Shown: positions 9,122-17,553 of the stretch, piece by piece
How positions within the stretch are numbered: position 1 is the first letter of the stretch
Layout of the letters: each line of letters opens with the position of its first letter
Virus record (IMG/VR): IMGVR_UViG_3300042987_002978
Span: 1 to 64,000 of that record
Direction: 5' to 3' (one strand)
Origin: a virus
DNA: 64,000 nucleotides
Translations under genes and position numbers: made by a program
The notes under the pieces: model-generated
Database searches by the model: none
What the model saw: the letters and a program-made list of their open reading frames with translations, nothing else
What the model was told of the DNA's origin: nothing

Positions 9122-10168
9122 TCAGACTCCGAGCAGGTCTAGAACCTTGCGGTCAGACTGTTCGGTCTTGCCCATGAGCGCGTTCATCATGTTGCGCTCA
9201 GCGCGGTTGCCATTCGCGCCCACGATGTGGTGGTTGTAGGTGTTGAACGCTTGGAGAACTCCAAGAGCCGAACCTTTCCACGGTGCTACGCGCGTGTCGT
9301 AGTTGTAGAGGTTCGTGAGTTCGTCGCGCTTATTCTCCGCGCGAGTCACTGCCGCCTTGTTTGCGTTGTCATCGTCAAGCGTCGGAATCGGCGCGAGCGC
9401 GGTGAGAACTTTCTCCCATTGTGCGTCACTCACTTTGTGCGATGAGAGCGCGAGAACTTCCGCGACGATGTCATCGGTCATCTTATGAACGATGCCGAGC
9501 GCGTCGCGCGCGGACTGAATCCGCATCGCTGAGTTCTTGCTGTGACGAGCCTTGAACTGACTCGTGTTTTCGCCCATCGCCATCGCGTGCGTGTTATCGC
9601 ACACGACGAAAGTTGAGACGCTCTTGTAGGTGGTCGCGAGTTGCCCGTTGTGCGAGGTAGTCGCGAGCAAGTGAGGACGGACTGAGAATCCGCTCAACAC
9701 TTCCACCGACTCTGGCATTTCAAGCGAGACGAACGCGACCGCGCCGTTCTTCAAGAGTCCTGCCGAGCCAAAGTTGATTTCGTCATCAACGATGTTGGCA
9801 AGGTTCTGAACGAGCCATTCGCCGTATTGGTGCGAACGGTATCCGTCCTTGAAGATTTCCATGAGGTCAAGCGTGTCATCGCGAAGAATCGCCTGACGGT
9901 TGCCTGCTTGGATGAACTTGTACGGATTGCCTGCGTCATCAACGCCCGTCGCGTCATCAAGCGTCGCGGGGACGCGGATGAACACGGGTGCGCTGATTGC
10001 CTTCCACGAGAACAGTCTGCGGAGAATGTCATCCGTAGGGACTGCGCCCGTGTAGTGGTTCGGCTCGTTGCCTTGTAGGTCGGCGCGGTAGTGCCACGCA
10101 TGACCACGCTCGTCGGTGTATCCGACGAGAATGTTGGAGTTGAGCCACTCCATGGTTTCTTTGGACAT
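9122..10168 (-). CDS. DUF932 family (phage/plasmid-like TIGR03299) protein
   Basis: AWH...SAGLLKNGAVAF...LLATTSHNG...VVCDNT...HSKN motifs. Confidence 0.85.
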   Translation of the reverse strand: MSKETMEWLNSNILVGYTDERGHAWHYRADLQGNEPNHYTGAVPTDDILRRLFSWKAISAPVFIRVPATLDDATGVDDAGNPYKFIQAGNRQAILRDDTLDLMEIFKDGYRSHQYGEWLVQNLANIVDDEINFGSAGLLKNGAVAFVSLEMPESVEVLSGFSVRPHLLATTSHNGQLATTYKSVSTFVVCDNTHAMAMGENTSQFKARHSKNSAMRIQSARDALGIVHKMTDDIVAEVLALSSHKVSDAQWEKVLTALAPIPTLDDDNANKAAVTRAENKRDELTNLYNYDTRVAPWKGSALGVLQAFNTYNHHIVGANGNRAERNMMNALMGKTEQSDRKVLDLLGV

Positions 10169-10339
10169 TGGTATTGCCTTTCTTGTTTGGGTTGATGTGG
10201 TTGGTATTACTGCTTACATTACTAAGTGTATCACATAGTTAGCGTTTCCGCAACTATCTACGAAACTTTCTTTCGTCCGTCTCGCATACTTACAATGTAT
10301 AGGGTAAATACTGAAACCACAACCTGTTTGGAAAATTAT

Positions 10340-10360
10340 TTATCCACAGGCTGTGGATAA
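10340..10360. promoter_or_regulatory. inverted pair of perfect DnaA boxes
   Basis: TTATCCACA-GGC-TGTGGATAA. Confidence 0.7.
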
Positions 10361-10391
10361 CTTTTGCCCGGTGGCCCCTGCCCTTGGGTTT

Positions 10392-10458
10392 TGCCCCTGA
10401 CCCAAAAAATGGTGTTCCAGAAATATCGGATTTATTTGGGTTCAGGCCGTTCCCTTGG
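10392..10458 (+). repeat. conserved ~65-bp element, copy 7
   Basis: TGCCCCTGACCCAAAAAATGGTGTTCC-agaaatatc-GGATTTATT...CGTTCCCTTGG. Confidence 0.9.
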
Positions 10459-10593
10459 GCCTGGCCGGAGGGCAGCGGGGCCGCTGGCGACAGAAAGGAA
10501 AGAACGCCAGCGGCCCACGGGCCGACGGTTGGGACACAAGGAAGGAAAGACCCAACCGCGCGAGTCACTGTACTCGCATGATTTTTTGTTTTG

Positions 10594-11028
10594 TTATAGG
10601 TCGCCGTATGCCCGAGCGATATCCCAGACGATGTCGGCGGTCTGACGGAAAACTTCCGTGTCAAGTTTGTAGAGCGGCGTCGTGTACGAGACGTGCTCCA
10701 CGGGAGTGCCCTCTATGCCCAGGATGTGCTTGGCTTCCCACTTGACGCCGTTCCAAACTTCGTAGCGGATTTCCGACTGTTCGTCGTACGCATTGCGGCG
10801 AATACTTGCCCGCAATTGGACTGGGATGCCGTGATTGACACGAGTCTTGGTTTCCGTGAAATACCACGACTGCTGATGGTTGCGAAGCGTCAGAACAGTG
10901 TCCTGACCTTCCGTCCACGTGGCGCCCTTGTCGGTTGCGTCAGTCAGATAGCGACGTTCGCCAGAGACGGTACCTCGCTCATTGCTGTACGGGACTGATT
11001 TGTTTTTGCCATATGTAGTTGTTGACAT
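10594..11028 (-). CDS. hypothetical protein
   Basis: start MSTTTYG; promoter 11124-11152 with a structured leader. Confidence 0.7.
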   Translation of the reverse strand: MSTTTYGKNKSVPYSNERGTVSGERRYLTDATDKGATWTEGQDTVLTLRNHQQSWYFTETKTRVNHGIPVQLRASIRRNAYDEQSEIRYEVWNGVKWEAKHILGIEGTPVEHVSYTTPLYKLDTEVFRQTADIVWDIARAYGDL

Positions 11029-11164
11029 TGTTTTTTCTTTCTGTGTTGAGTTGATTGAGTGTGGGGTAGACACCGACCGTCACGGTGTCTTTACGGGCGA
11101 TGGTTGCATCACCCCACAACTCTATTGTATCACTTAAAGGCTACTATCGCAACCTTGAAATACG

Positions 11165-11632
11165 TTATGACCAGATTTTCGTTGCTGACTGCTCGGAGAC
11201 TTTGCCGCCAGAAAAGAACCAGCGCCATTCAGCACCGTCTTCGCCGCGCCACTCAATGAACGAACCGTCTTTGACGAACGGTGCGATTACTGAGAAGAAG
11301 TGACCTTCTGCGCCAGTTTTATTGTCGTAGTGGACAAGGACAAGATTGCCTTCGGCATCAAGGTCTGTCTCAAATCCCATTTCGTTCAGGATTGAAATAA
11401 AGTCCTTGCACACTTCCGGATAGTTTGCGGGCATCCACGAGAACCAGCGGGCCGGGTGATAGGTCATACCTTCCGGTCGCGGGCTGTCTGCGTTGATTCC
11501 GTCTCCACCCCACGAGCCGCCGTGTTTTAGGTCGTCTCGGTCGTTGAGAGCGCACATTGCCTTGTACGCCGCGTCAAAGTTGTCCTTTGACACGAAGAAG
11601 TCCTGGTTCGTGATGTTTACGAAGTAGCCCAT
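11165..11632 (-). CDS. conserved hypothetical actinophage protein
   Basis: C-terminal IAPFVKDGSFIEWRGEDG.EWRW motif. Confidence 0.7.
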   Translation of the reverse strand: MGYFVNITNQDFFVSKDNFDAAYKAMCALNDRDDLKHGGSWGGDGINADSPRPEGMTYHPARWFSWMPANYPEVCKDFISILNEMGFETDLDAEGNLVLVHYDNKTGAEGHFFSVIAPFVKDGSFIEWRGEDGAEWRWFFSGGKVSEQSATKIWS

Positions 11633-11634
11633 GA

Positions 11635-12009
11635 TTAGCACTCAGCCCCATCTGGGTCCTCTTCCTCGCCACCGTCAAACACGATTGTTGCGCTGACGAT
11701 ACGACCGTCGTCGCCGTATTGGACATAGACAGGGTAGGAACCGTCGCCCCAACCGCTCGTGACGACGACACCAGTGCCGTTGCCGAGTTGCCCTGCTTGT
11801 TTGGTTGAGCAAGTTGCCGAGCAAGCACCGTTGTAGGTGTAGTTGTACTCGTTGCGAGTATTCGGCTTCTCGTCAGTGCTGAACGATTCGTCAAACTTAA
11901 AGTCCGAGACATAGCAAGGGTCGGTCAGCATAATCTGACCGCTATCTACGCCGCAGTACCCGACGAGTTCGCCGTGAGTTGTGTATTTGGATTGATACTT
12001 GGTTTTCAT
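11635..12009 (-). CDS. DUF4241-like protein
   Basis: GVDSGQIMLTDPCY...SGWGDGSYPVY. Confidence 0.65.
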   Translation of the reverse strand: MKTKYQSKYTTHGELVGYCGVDSGQIMLTDPCYVSDFKFDESFSTDEKPNTRNEYNYTYNGACSATCSTKQAGQLGNGTGVVVTSGWGDGSYPVYVQYGDDGRIVSATIVFDGGEEEDPDGAEC

Positions 12010-12108
12010 TGTTTTCTCTTTCTGTTTGGGTTGGTTATTTTGTGTGGGGTGGCACCGACTACGGTGCTCTTACTCGGGTATCATTGCGAACCCCACAACT
12101 CTATTGTA

Positions 12109-12264
12109 TCACGAAGTTGGCGTTTCCGCAACTTCTGATGTCAAAAGATGAAGCCTGATATCCAAAAGCAGGTCTGTCATCTCAGCCGAGGACACGAGGT
12201 CTCTACCGGAGATTCCGGCGAGGGCCTCATCCACGAGTTTCTTTATCGTCTCTTGGTTGTCCAT
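12109..12264 (-). CDS. hypothetical protein (51 aa, not in ORF track)
   Basis: MDNQETIKKLVDEAL... Confidence 0.55.
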   Translation of the reverse strand: MDNQETIKKLVDEALAGISGRDLVSSAEMTDLLLDIRLHLLTSEVAETPTS

Positions 12265-12273
12265 GCGGTCAGG

Positions 12274-12495
12274 TTAGTACTTTCCAATGTCTAGGAAGCC
12301 CGTACCGTTGAGTTCTGGGTCGGCAGCGACTAGCGCGTATGTCCCGTCCGTGAACTCAATGACAGTGGTCGGATTGCTTGACTCAAACCACATCAGGTCG
12401 TCCATCTCCACTTTCGTGACTGGACGAACGCTAGAAACAGTTTTCCCAACAAGTGATTGGGCGTAGTGCTTCATGGCGATTGTCGGGCGACTCAC
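12274..12495 (-). CDS. hypothetical protein
   Basis: overlaps the HTH gene stop; ADPELNGTGFL motif. Confidence 0.65.
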   Translation of the reverse strand: MSRPTIAMKHYAQSLVGKTVSSVRPVTKVEMDDLMWFESSNPTTVIEFTDGTYALVAADPELNGTGFLDIGKY

Positions 12496-12719
12496 TTGCC
12501 GATTCCCTTCATGAGGTCTGCTGGGCGCACGTCGAGTGCGATACAGAGACGGAAGAAGGTGTCGAGGTTCGGGGAAAAGTGCCCGTTCTCGATGCGATTC
12601 ACGGTCTTGCGGTCGATGCCTGCTGCTTTGGCGAGGTCATCCTGTGAGATACCTGCGTCAATGCGCAACTGCTTCATTCGGCTGCGAACCGTGTTCTGTT
12701 GGGTATTGGTGGTTGTCAT
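12492..12719 (-). CDS. XRE-family helix-turn-helix regulator
   Basis: MKQLRIDAGISQDDLAKAAGIDRKTVNRIENG. Confidence 0.9.
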   Translation of the reverse strand: MTTTNTQQNTVRSRMKQLRIDAGISQDDLAKAAGIDRKTVNRIENGHFSPNLDTFFRLCIALDVRPADLMKGIGK

Positions 12720-12834
12720 TGTTATTGCCTTTCTTTGGTTGGTTATTGCTTATGTTCTAAGGATACCACATAATGGACACGGACACAACCTCTTCTGAGG
12801 AAAATTTTGCCGGTGACCAGGCCGGCAGTGAAAC

Positions 12835-12901
12835 TGCCCCTGGCACAAAAAATGGTGTTCCTTGGAATTTGATTTAATTTCGCTTTTGCCGTTCCCTTAG
12901 G
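12835..12901 (+). repeat. conserved ~65-bp element, copy 8
   Basis: TGCCCCTGGCACAAAAAATGGTGTTCC...TGATTTAATT...CGTTCCCTTAG. Confidence 0.9.
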
Positions 12902-12930
12902 CTGGGTGTGTCCAGCCCGAGGGACGTGGA

Positions 12931-13098
12931 CTAGCCGCGCTTCTTCAGGTACGCCTCGATGGCGGACTTGATGACGGAGGACTTGCTGACGCCGTCTTCC
13001 TTCGCCGCAACCGCAATCTGCTTCTGCATGTCTGCAGTCAAGCGGAATGCGATGAGCGGGTACTTGGAGGCTGGCGCCTTCGTCTTGGTCTTGGTCAT
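12931..13098 (-). CDS. ribbon-helix-helix (CopG/Arc-like) DNA-binding protein (55 aa, not in ORF track)
   Basis: LIAFRLTADMQKQIAVAAKEDGVSKSSVIKSAIEAYL. Confidence 0.8.
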   Translation of the reverse strand: MTKTKTKAPASKYPLIAFRLTADMQKQIAVAAKEDGVSKSSVIKSAIEAYLKKRG

Positions 13099-13189
13099 TG
13101 CTTTCTTCTTTCTATGTTGGTTGGTATTACATCTTCATTATACATGTTTGTCTAACCATTCACAACCTCTGCGCGCACTTCTGTGCGCG

Positions 13190-13442
13190 TTGTGGTTAAC
13201 TGACGGTTATAAATAACGGTTAAGGGACGGTTAGGAAATTCGGATTCCCGGATTTCCCTTACTGGGCAAGGGTTTGCGGGGTTCTTGTACCACTGCTGGG
13301 GAGACAATCTGTCACCCCCCCCTGACAGCAGTGTCAGGGGTAGGGCTGACACAGGTGTCATACCCCCCTGACAGATTGTCATGGGTTGTGCCGGCCGTCA
13401 CATACAATATGTAGTAGGGGTGACAATCTGTCACCCCCCACA
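13190..13442. other. putative replication origin (iteron-like palindromes)
   Basis: five (T/A)GACA-N3/4-TGTCA palindromes flanked by G/C runs, plus four GGTTA direct repeats, in a gene-free gap. Confidence 0.55.
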
Positions 13443-13448
13443 TATTGA

Positions 13449-14126
13449 TTAGTTCATGCTGGACATCAACTCGGCTAGAGCCTTGTCGCAGGCGTTGGAC
13501 ACTTTGTCCTGAACCTCGCACTGCCAGTCACCGAGTTGTTCGAAGAAGGCATCTGGGTCCTTATCGTACAGTTCCTCAAGTTCCGCTGGTCGTACCGGCT
13601 CCTCACTGCCTTCTCCCTCCAAGAATCCGTTACGGAAGATGGAGTAGCAGGCAAATGCGTCGCTCTCTTCTGTGGAGACCACGGTGAAGATGAGTTTCGG
13701 GAACTTGGCTGAGATGTTGCGGATGAGTCCGTCTGCCGGACCCCACGCAGTCTCGTAGTACGCCGAGATGTATGTGTCGGTCGGTCCGACGATGTTGTTG
13801 TCATCGACATCAAACGAAGTCCAGTCGAAGTCACACGCACCCCACTTGGTTCCCCAGTTGTTGGAGTCGCAAGCCCAGTCGTACCAGTCCTTGTAGCCGT
13901 ACTTAGCGATGTTCGCCTGTTCTAAGGCGGTCTGCTCAGCCTGCTTCTCTGCGTCTCCGTACCACGCCGACGGCGTTGCTTGGAGTTCTGCCGGGATTGG
14001 GAAGAGGTGGTTCAGTCCGTGTTGGAAGGTCCCATCCTCTGCGACGGTCTTGGTTGCGTCAACGAACTTCTGGAGTTCGTCACGGTCACCGATGATGTCC
14101 ATGTTGTTGTAGCACCAGTTTGGCAT
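13449..14126 (-). CDS. DUF1281/Api92-YubB ferredoxin-like domain protein
   Basis: MPNWCYN...WYDW...NWGTKW...YETAWGP. Confidence 0.8.
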   Translation of the reverse strand: MPNWCYNNMDIIGDRDELQKFVDATKTVAEDGTFQHGLNHLFPIPAELQATPSAWYGDAEKQAEQTALEQANIAKYGYKDWYDWACDSNNWGTKWGACDFDWTSFDVDDNNIVGPTDTYISAYYETAWGPADGLIRNISAKFPKLIFTVVSTEESDAFACYSIFRNGFLEGEGSEEPVRPAELEELYDKDPDAFFEQLGDWQCEVQDKVSNACDKALAELMSSMN

Positions 14127-14258
14127 TATGTTCTCTTTCTGTTGAGTTGGTATTGCTTACACTTACATTGTATCACTTATCTGGCTTGTTTACAACCTTC
14201 CTGCCGACAATAACTGCCGTCAGATAGACGATAAACATCACCAGGAGAAGAAGGCCCT

Positions 14259-14492
14259 TCATACGTACGGCCATCCCGCAACATCGTTTGTGGGGTCGCA
14301 CCATTCGGACGGACTGACCTGTTTCGTCTGACCATACTGAAGATGGTATTCGCCCCATGCCTGACGGTCTAAGTCAGACATGGTTTCAGTCCAACACTCC
14401 CAGTCTTTTGCCAACCAGTCGTTTGCCCTGATGCGCAGTGGCGGATTCGAGTAGTAGGTACCACTCTCTATGTCAAGCCAGATGGTAGCCAT
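14259..14492 (-). CDS. hypothetical protein
   Basis: start MATIWLD, coupled to the upstream stop. Confidence 0.55.
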   Translation of the reverse strand: MATIWLDIESGTYYSNPPLRIRANDWLAKDWECWTETMSDLDRQAWGEYHLQYGQTKQVSPSEWCDPTNDVAGWPYV

Positions 14493-14722
14493 TAGAAGAA
14501 ACGCTCCGAAATGGCTGCCGACATCTCGCAGAAGTCTGCGATGTGCTCGACCAAGTCCCAATCGCTGAGTTCATGGTCGTCCTCGACATCCTTGATTGCC
14601 AAGATGCCGTCGAGCACGAATCCTGCGAAGCCATCCTCCATCTCGTCGGTCGGCTTAGCCGAGCCTTCTGCGACGGAGATAACTGCGCCGAGGTATCTCT
14701 GGTTCCATTCGTCTAGGGTCAT
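14492..14722 (-). CDS. hypothetical acidic protein
   Basis: RBS GAAAGG, promoter upstream. Confidence 0.65.
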   Translation of the reverse strand: MTLDEWNQRYLGAVISVAEGSAKPTDEMEDGFAGFVLDGILAIKDVEDDHELSDWDLVEHIADFCEMSAAISERFF

Positions 14723-14900
14723 TGTGTTGCCTTTCTGTTGAGTTGTGTTCATAACTAGATTGTACCACATATTTCGTCGTATGACAACCTGCGGTGGGGT
14801 TTGGGATGCAATCCCTCCCCACCACAGGCCGCTAGTGGCTGGGTCATGTTGCCGTGTAAATAAGAGGGGATACGCGCAGCCAAGCCCTAGCCATTAGCGA

Positions 14901-15365
14901 CTACCACGATGAGTGGTAGTAGAACTCCCACTCGTCAGGCATAGACAGACAGTTGTCAATGACGGCAACCGTGTGCTTGATGTCGTGGAAATAGTATTCG
15001 TCGTACTCGTACGAGCCGAAGAAGAAGCCCTGTTGAGTTGGCAGTTCTTCGTCTGCCACTGCTGGCTGGAGAAGAACCTTCTGGCACAAAGCCTTCAGTT
15101 CTTCCAACTTCTCACGCCCGACATAGGCGTAGCGACAGTCGTCCTCGCCGTTCTGGCAGTTGTCCACGAACCATTGGTGAATGGCGTTCGCCTTTCGCCA
15201 ATAGCCGATGGAGACTTCCAACTGAATACTCGGAAGGTCGGTTTTCACATGCTTTGCGATACCCGACTTCTTCAGGAGTTCGTGGAACTCTTTTTTATTC
15301 TCTTCTGTTCGCCACTCCGCACCTGAGTAATACTTCTTGGCGGAAAGGTACATATCTAATCCCAT
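14901..15365 (-). CDS. conserved phage hypothetical protein (MGLDMY...YWRK family)
   Basis: MGLDMYL, YWRKANAIHQWF, LPTQQGFFFGS, YYHSSW. Confidence 0.8.
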   Translation of the reverse strand: MGLDMYLSAKKYYSGAEWRTEENKKEFHELLKKSGIAKHVKTDLPSIQLEVSIGYWRKANAIHQWFVDNCQNGEDDCRYAYVGREKLEELKALCQKVLLQPAVADEELPTQQGFFFGSYEYDEYYFHDIKHTVAVIDNCLSMPDEWEFYYHSSW

Positions 15366-15446
15366 AGTGTTTTATCTTTCTGTGTTGAGTTGGTTATTGC
15401 TGTTACTTAGATTGTATCACTTATCTTCGGACTTTGCAACCTCTGG

Positions 15447-15683
15447 TTAGAGGATGCCCACTTCCTGCCACTTGTGGAGTTCTTTAGCGGAGAGGAAAGA
15501 CGGTGCTTTCCCTTCTACTTCTTCGGCATCCCACGGCTTGTCCCAGTCAAGAGGACAGATGTCCACGACTTTAGAACTATCGAAGTTGCCCCATGCTTTC
15601 TCAAGGGCATCTTCCACGGACTCCGCCTCAATCAACCACTGAAGGTCAAGGTCAACGGTCTGCCTGATAATAAATTGTTTCAT
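15447..15683 (-). CDS. hypothetical protein
   Basis: own promoter and structured leader. Confidence 0.65.
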   Translation of the reverse strand: MKQFIIRQTVDLDLQWLIEAESVEDALEKAWGNFDSSKVVDICPLDWDKPWDAEEVEGKAPSFLSAKELHKWQEVGIL

Positions 15684-15814
15684 TGGTTTCTTCTTTCTGT
15701 TGAGTTGATGTTGGTGTGGGGACGGGCTTTTTGGTCTAGAACCTCAACCCTTTACAGCAGACGATGTCATCTGCCCACAACTACATTGTACCACATTGTA
15801 GCACACTTGGCAAC

Positions 15815-16120
15815 CTACGAAACCTCGATTTCGTAGAAAGCCTCGGATTCTGCCGGCTTGTAGGTCACGAAATACCCGATGCGGTTGACGAGGTGGTAGC
15901 CGTTGGTGACTATCGTGCCGTCATCGCCGTCGATGTATGTCCAGACATTGTCAGGCTTGGCCTTGACATACGCAAGAACAAAGTCCAGTTCTTTCCCGTA
16001 TGTCTCAAACATAAGTCCGTAATCGCCGTCATTAAACGACGCATCTTTGTCAAAGACATTGACGATTGGCTCGTATTTCTCGCACCACTTGTCAAAGGGC
16101 ATCTTGATAAGAACGGTCAT
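15815..16120 (-). CDS. conserved hypothetical phage protein
   Basis: FETYGKEL...VWT..D...GYHLVNRIGYFVT. Confidence 0.7.
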   Translation of the reverse strand: MTVLIKMPFDKWCEKYEPIVNVFDKDASFNDGDYGLMFETYGKELDFVLAYVKAKPDNVWTYIDGDDGTIVTNGYHLVNRIGYFVTYKPAESEAFYEIEVS

Positions 16121-16287
16121 TCGTCGTCCCCGATTTCTTCGTAGTCTTCCACTTCCCAAGTGATTTCGCTTCGCTTGGCGTTGGTGAACATGTCTGCGAA
16201 CAAATCCATAGCCTCGTCTTCGGTCTCTGCCTCAACGAAGTCGGAGAAGTACGCCGACAAGTGATAACGGTATTTTGTTTTACTCAT
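16117..16287 (-). CDS. small acidic hypothetical protein
   Basis: start MSKTKY; VEAETEDEA motif. Confidence 0.6.
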   Translation of the reverse strand: MSKTKYRYHLSAYFSDFVEAETEDEAMDLFADMFTNAKRSEITWEVEDYEEIGDDE

Positions 16288-16343
16288 TTGGTTGTCTTTC
16301 TGTGATTGGGTTATGATTACATTGTAGCATACTCTAGCATGCT

Positions 16344-16649
16344 TTACAACTTGTGCCACCGGTATTCTTCGTTTTTATTCACTACATCTTGGCTACAAGT
16401 ACCGACTACTTCCAGCGTGTCGCCGTCAATGACTCGGTAGCAGGTCTCGCACAGCCAGTGCTTGCCGTCCCACTCTCCGATAGTCGGCTCGCAGCGTTCG
16501 CCTATTTCGCTACAAGAGGCGAAGCCGTCTCCGTCTGGTTTGTTGCCGCAGCGGCACACCCACCAGTCGCTTGCTTCCTCAATGATGTATTCACGAGTAA
16601 GAGCAGGGTGGGCGAGGAGCATGTCCGTCCAGTGAGGATTATTTTCCAT
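16344..16649 (-). CDS. Zn-finger-like hypothetical protein
   Basis: CRCGN...C...CETC. Confidence 0.65.
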   Translation of the reverse strand: MENNPHWTDMLLAHPALTREYIIEEASDWWVCRCGNKPDGDGFASCSEIGERCEPTIGEWDGKHWLCETCYRVIDGDTLEVVGTCSQDVVNKNEEYRWHKL

Positions 16650-16887
16650 TCTTCGCCGCCCAGTACGCTTTTGCTTCTGCTTCTTGGTCGTCAGTACCGT
16701 CCGAGAGAACTATCTCAAACTGGTGAAGGCCATTGATGATGCGGAAGGTCTCCGCATTGGCAGGGCTGTCCCAAGTGAGGGCATGATGGAGGGAACTGGT
16801 GGTTCCGCCTCGGTCTCCCAAGAGTTTTGCCGCGAATCGCCGGTATCCCTTGTCGTTTGTTTTCTGTAATAGGTATTGTGTTGTCAT
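16639..16887 (-). CDS. hypothetical protein, leaderless
   Basis: TTGACA-N17-TATACT just before MTTQY. Confidence 0.6.
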   Translation of the reverse strand: MTTQYLLQKTNDKGYRRFAAKLLGDRGGTTSSLHHALTWDSPANAETFRIINGLHQFEIVLSDGTDDQEAEAKAYWAAKNGK

Positions 16888-17001
16888 AACCCAAGTATAC
16901 CGGATGTCAGACAACTTGTCAACCTTTTTCCGAGATTGTTCAGAATTTCACAAACACTGTTAGGTATTTTATTTGAGACACTTTTGTCTTTTTGTCTCAT
17001 C

Positions 17002-17069
17002 TGCCCCTGTGCCAAAAAATGGTGTTCCAGATATTTCGGATTTATTTTGTGCGGAGCCGTTCCCTTAGG
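17002..17069 (+). repeat. conserved ~65-bp element, copy 9
   Basis: TGCCCCTGTGCCAAAAAATGGTGTTCC-agatatttc-GGATTTATT...CGTTCCCTTAGG; overlaps the stop of 17065-17301. Confidence 0.9.
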
Positions 17070-17301
17070 CCTGGTCGACGTCCCGCACCACGCACAGTGC
17101 GCCGGTCTCCCGGATGCGCCGGCGCAGCAGGTTGGTTTCCTCCTGCGGTATGCAGATGTGCGCGATGATGGACCAGCCGTTGCCGCGCTTGGCCTCGTGC
17201 AGGTGAACATCGGCGGTATCGTCGTGCTCTCGAATAAGATTTGCCAGCGTCACGCCCTCACGGTACGTGTTCACAGAAATACTCAGAGTGAGTGGCTTCA
17301 T
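17065..17301 (-). CDS. hypothetical protein
   Basis: ORF within an operon. Confidence 0.55.
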   Translation of the reverse strand: MKPLTLSISVNTYREGVTLANLIREHDDTADVHLHEAKRGNGWSIIAHICIPQEETNLLRRRIRETGALCVVRDVDQA

Positions 17302-17310
17302 GCCAGCACC

Positions 17311-17553
17311 TTACCCCACCCAGCGCCCAAAGACGGTGTAGCCGTCTTCTTCGCGCCGGACAATCCACTCGGTACCCGGGTAACGTTTTTTATATTGCTG
17401 TGCTTTGGAGTGGCCGGTGCGCGCGATGTTGCCGGTACAGTACACCGCCCACTCGCCTGGTTTCTCCTTGAGTTTGTCCACGAAGTTGGCGACCTGAAAC
17501 GGGCTGCCGTTCTTCGGGCCCGGCGGCTGCCGGAATTCAGTTTTCTTAGCCAT
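17311..17553 (-). CDS. hypothetical protein
   Basis: LKEKPGEWA...VFGRWVG, typical small actinophage protein. Confidence 0.65.
   Translation of the reverse strand: MAKKTEFRQPPGPKNGSPFQVANFVDKLKEKPGEWAVYCTGNIARTGHSKAQQYKKRYPGTEWIVRREEDGYTVFGRWVG

Noticed and set aside
10328-10346. Zur/Fur-like box GGAAAATTATTTATCC
   Set aside because: Weak match in AT-rich DNA that overlaps the DnaA box.
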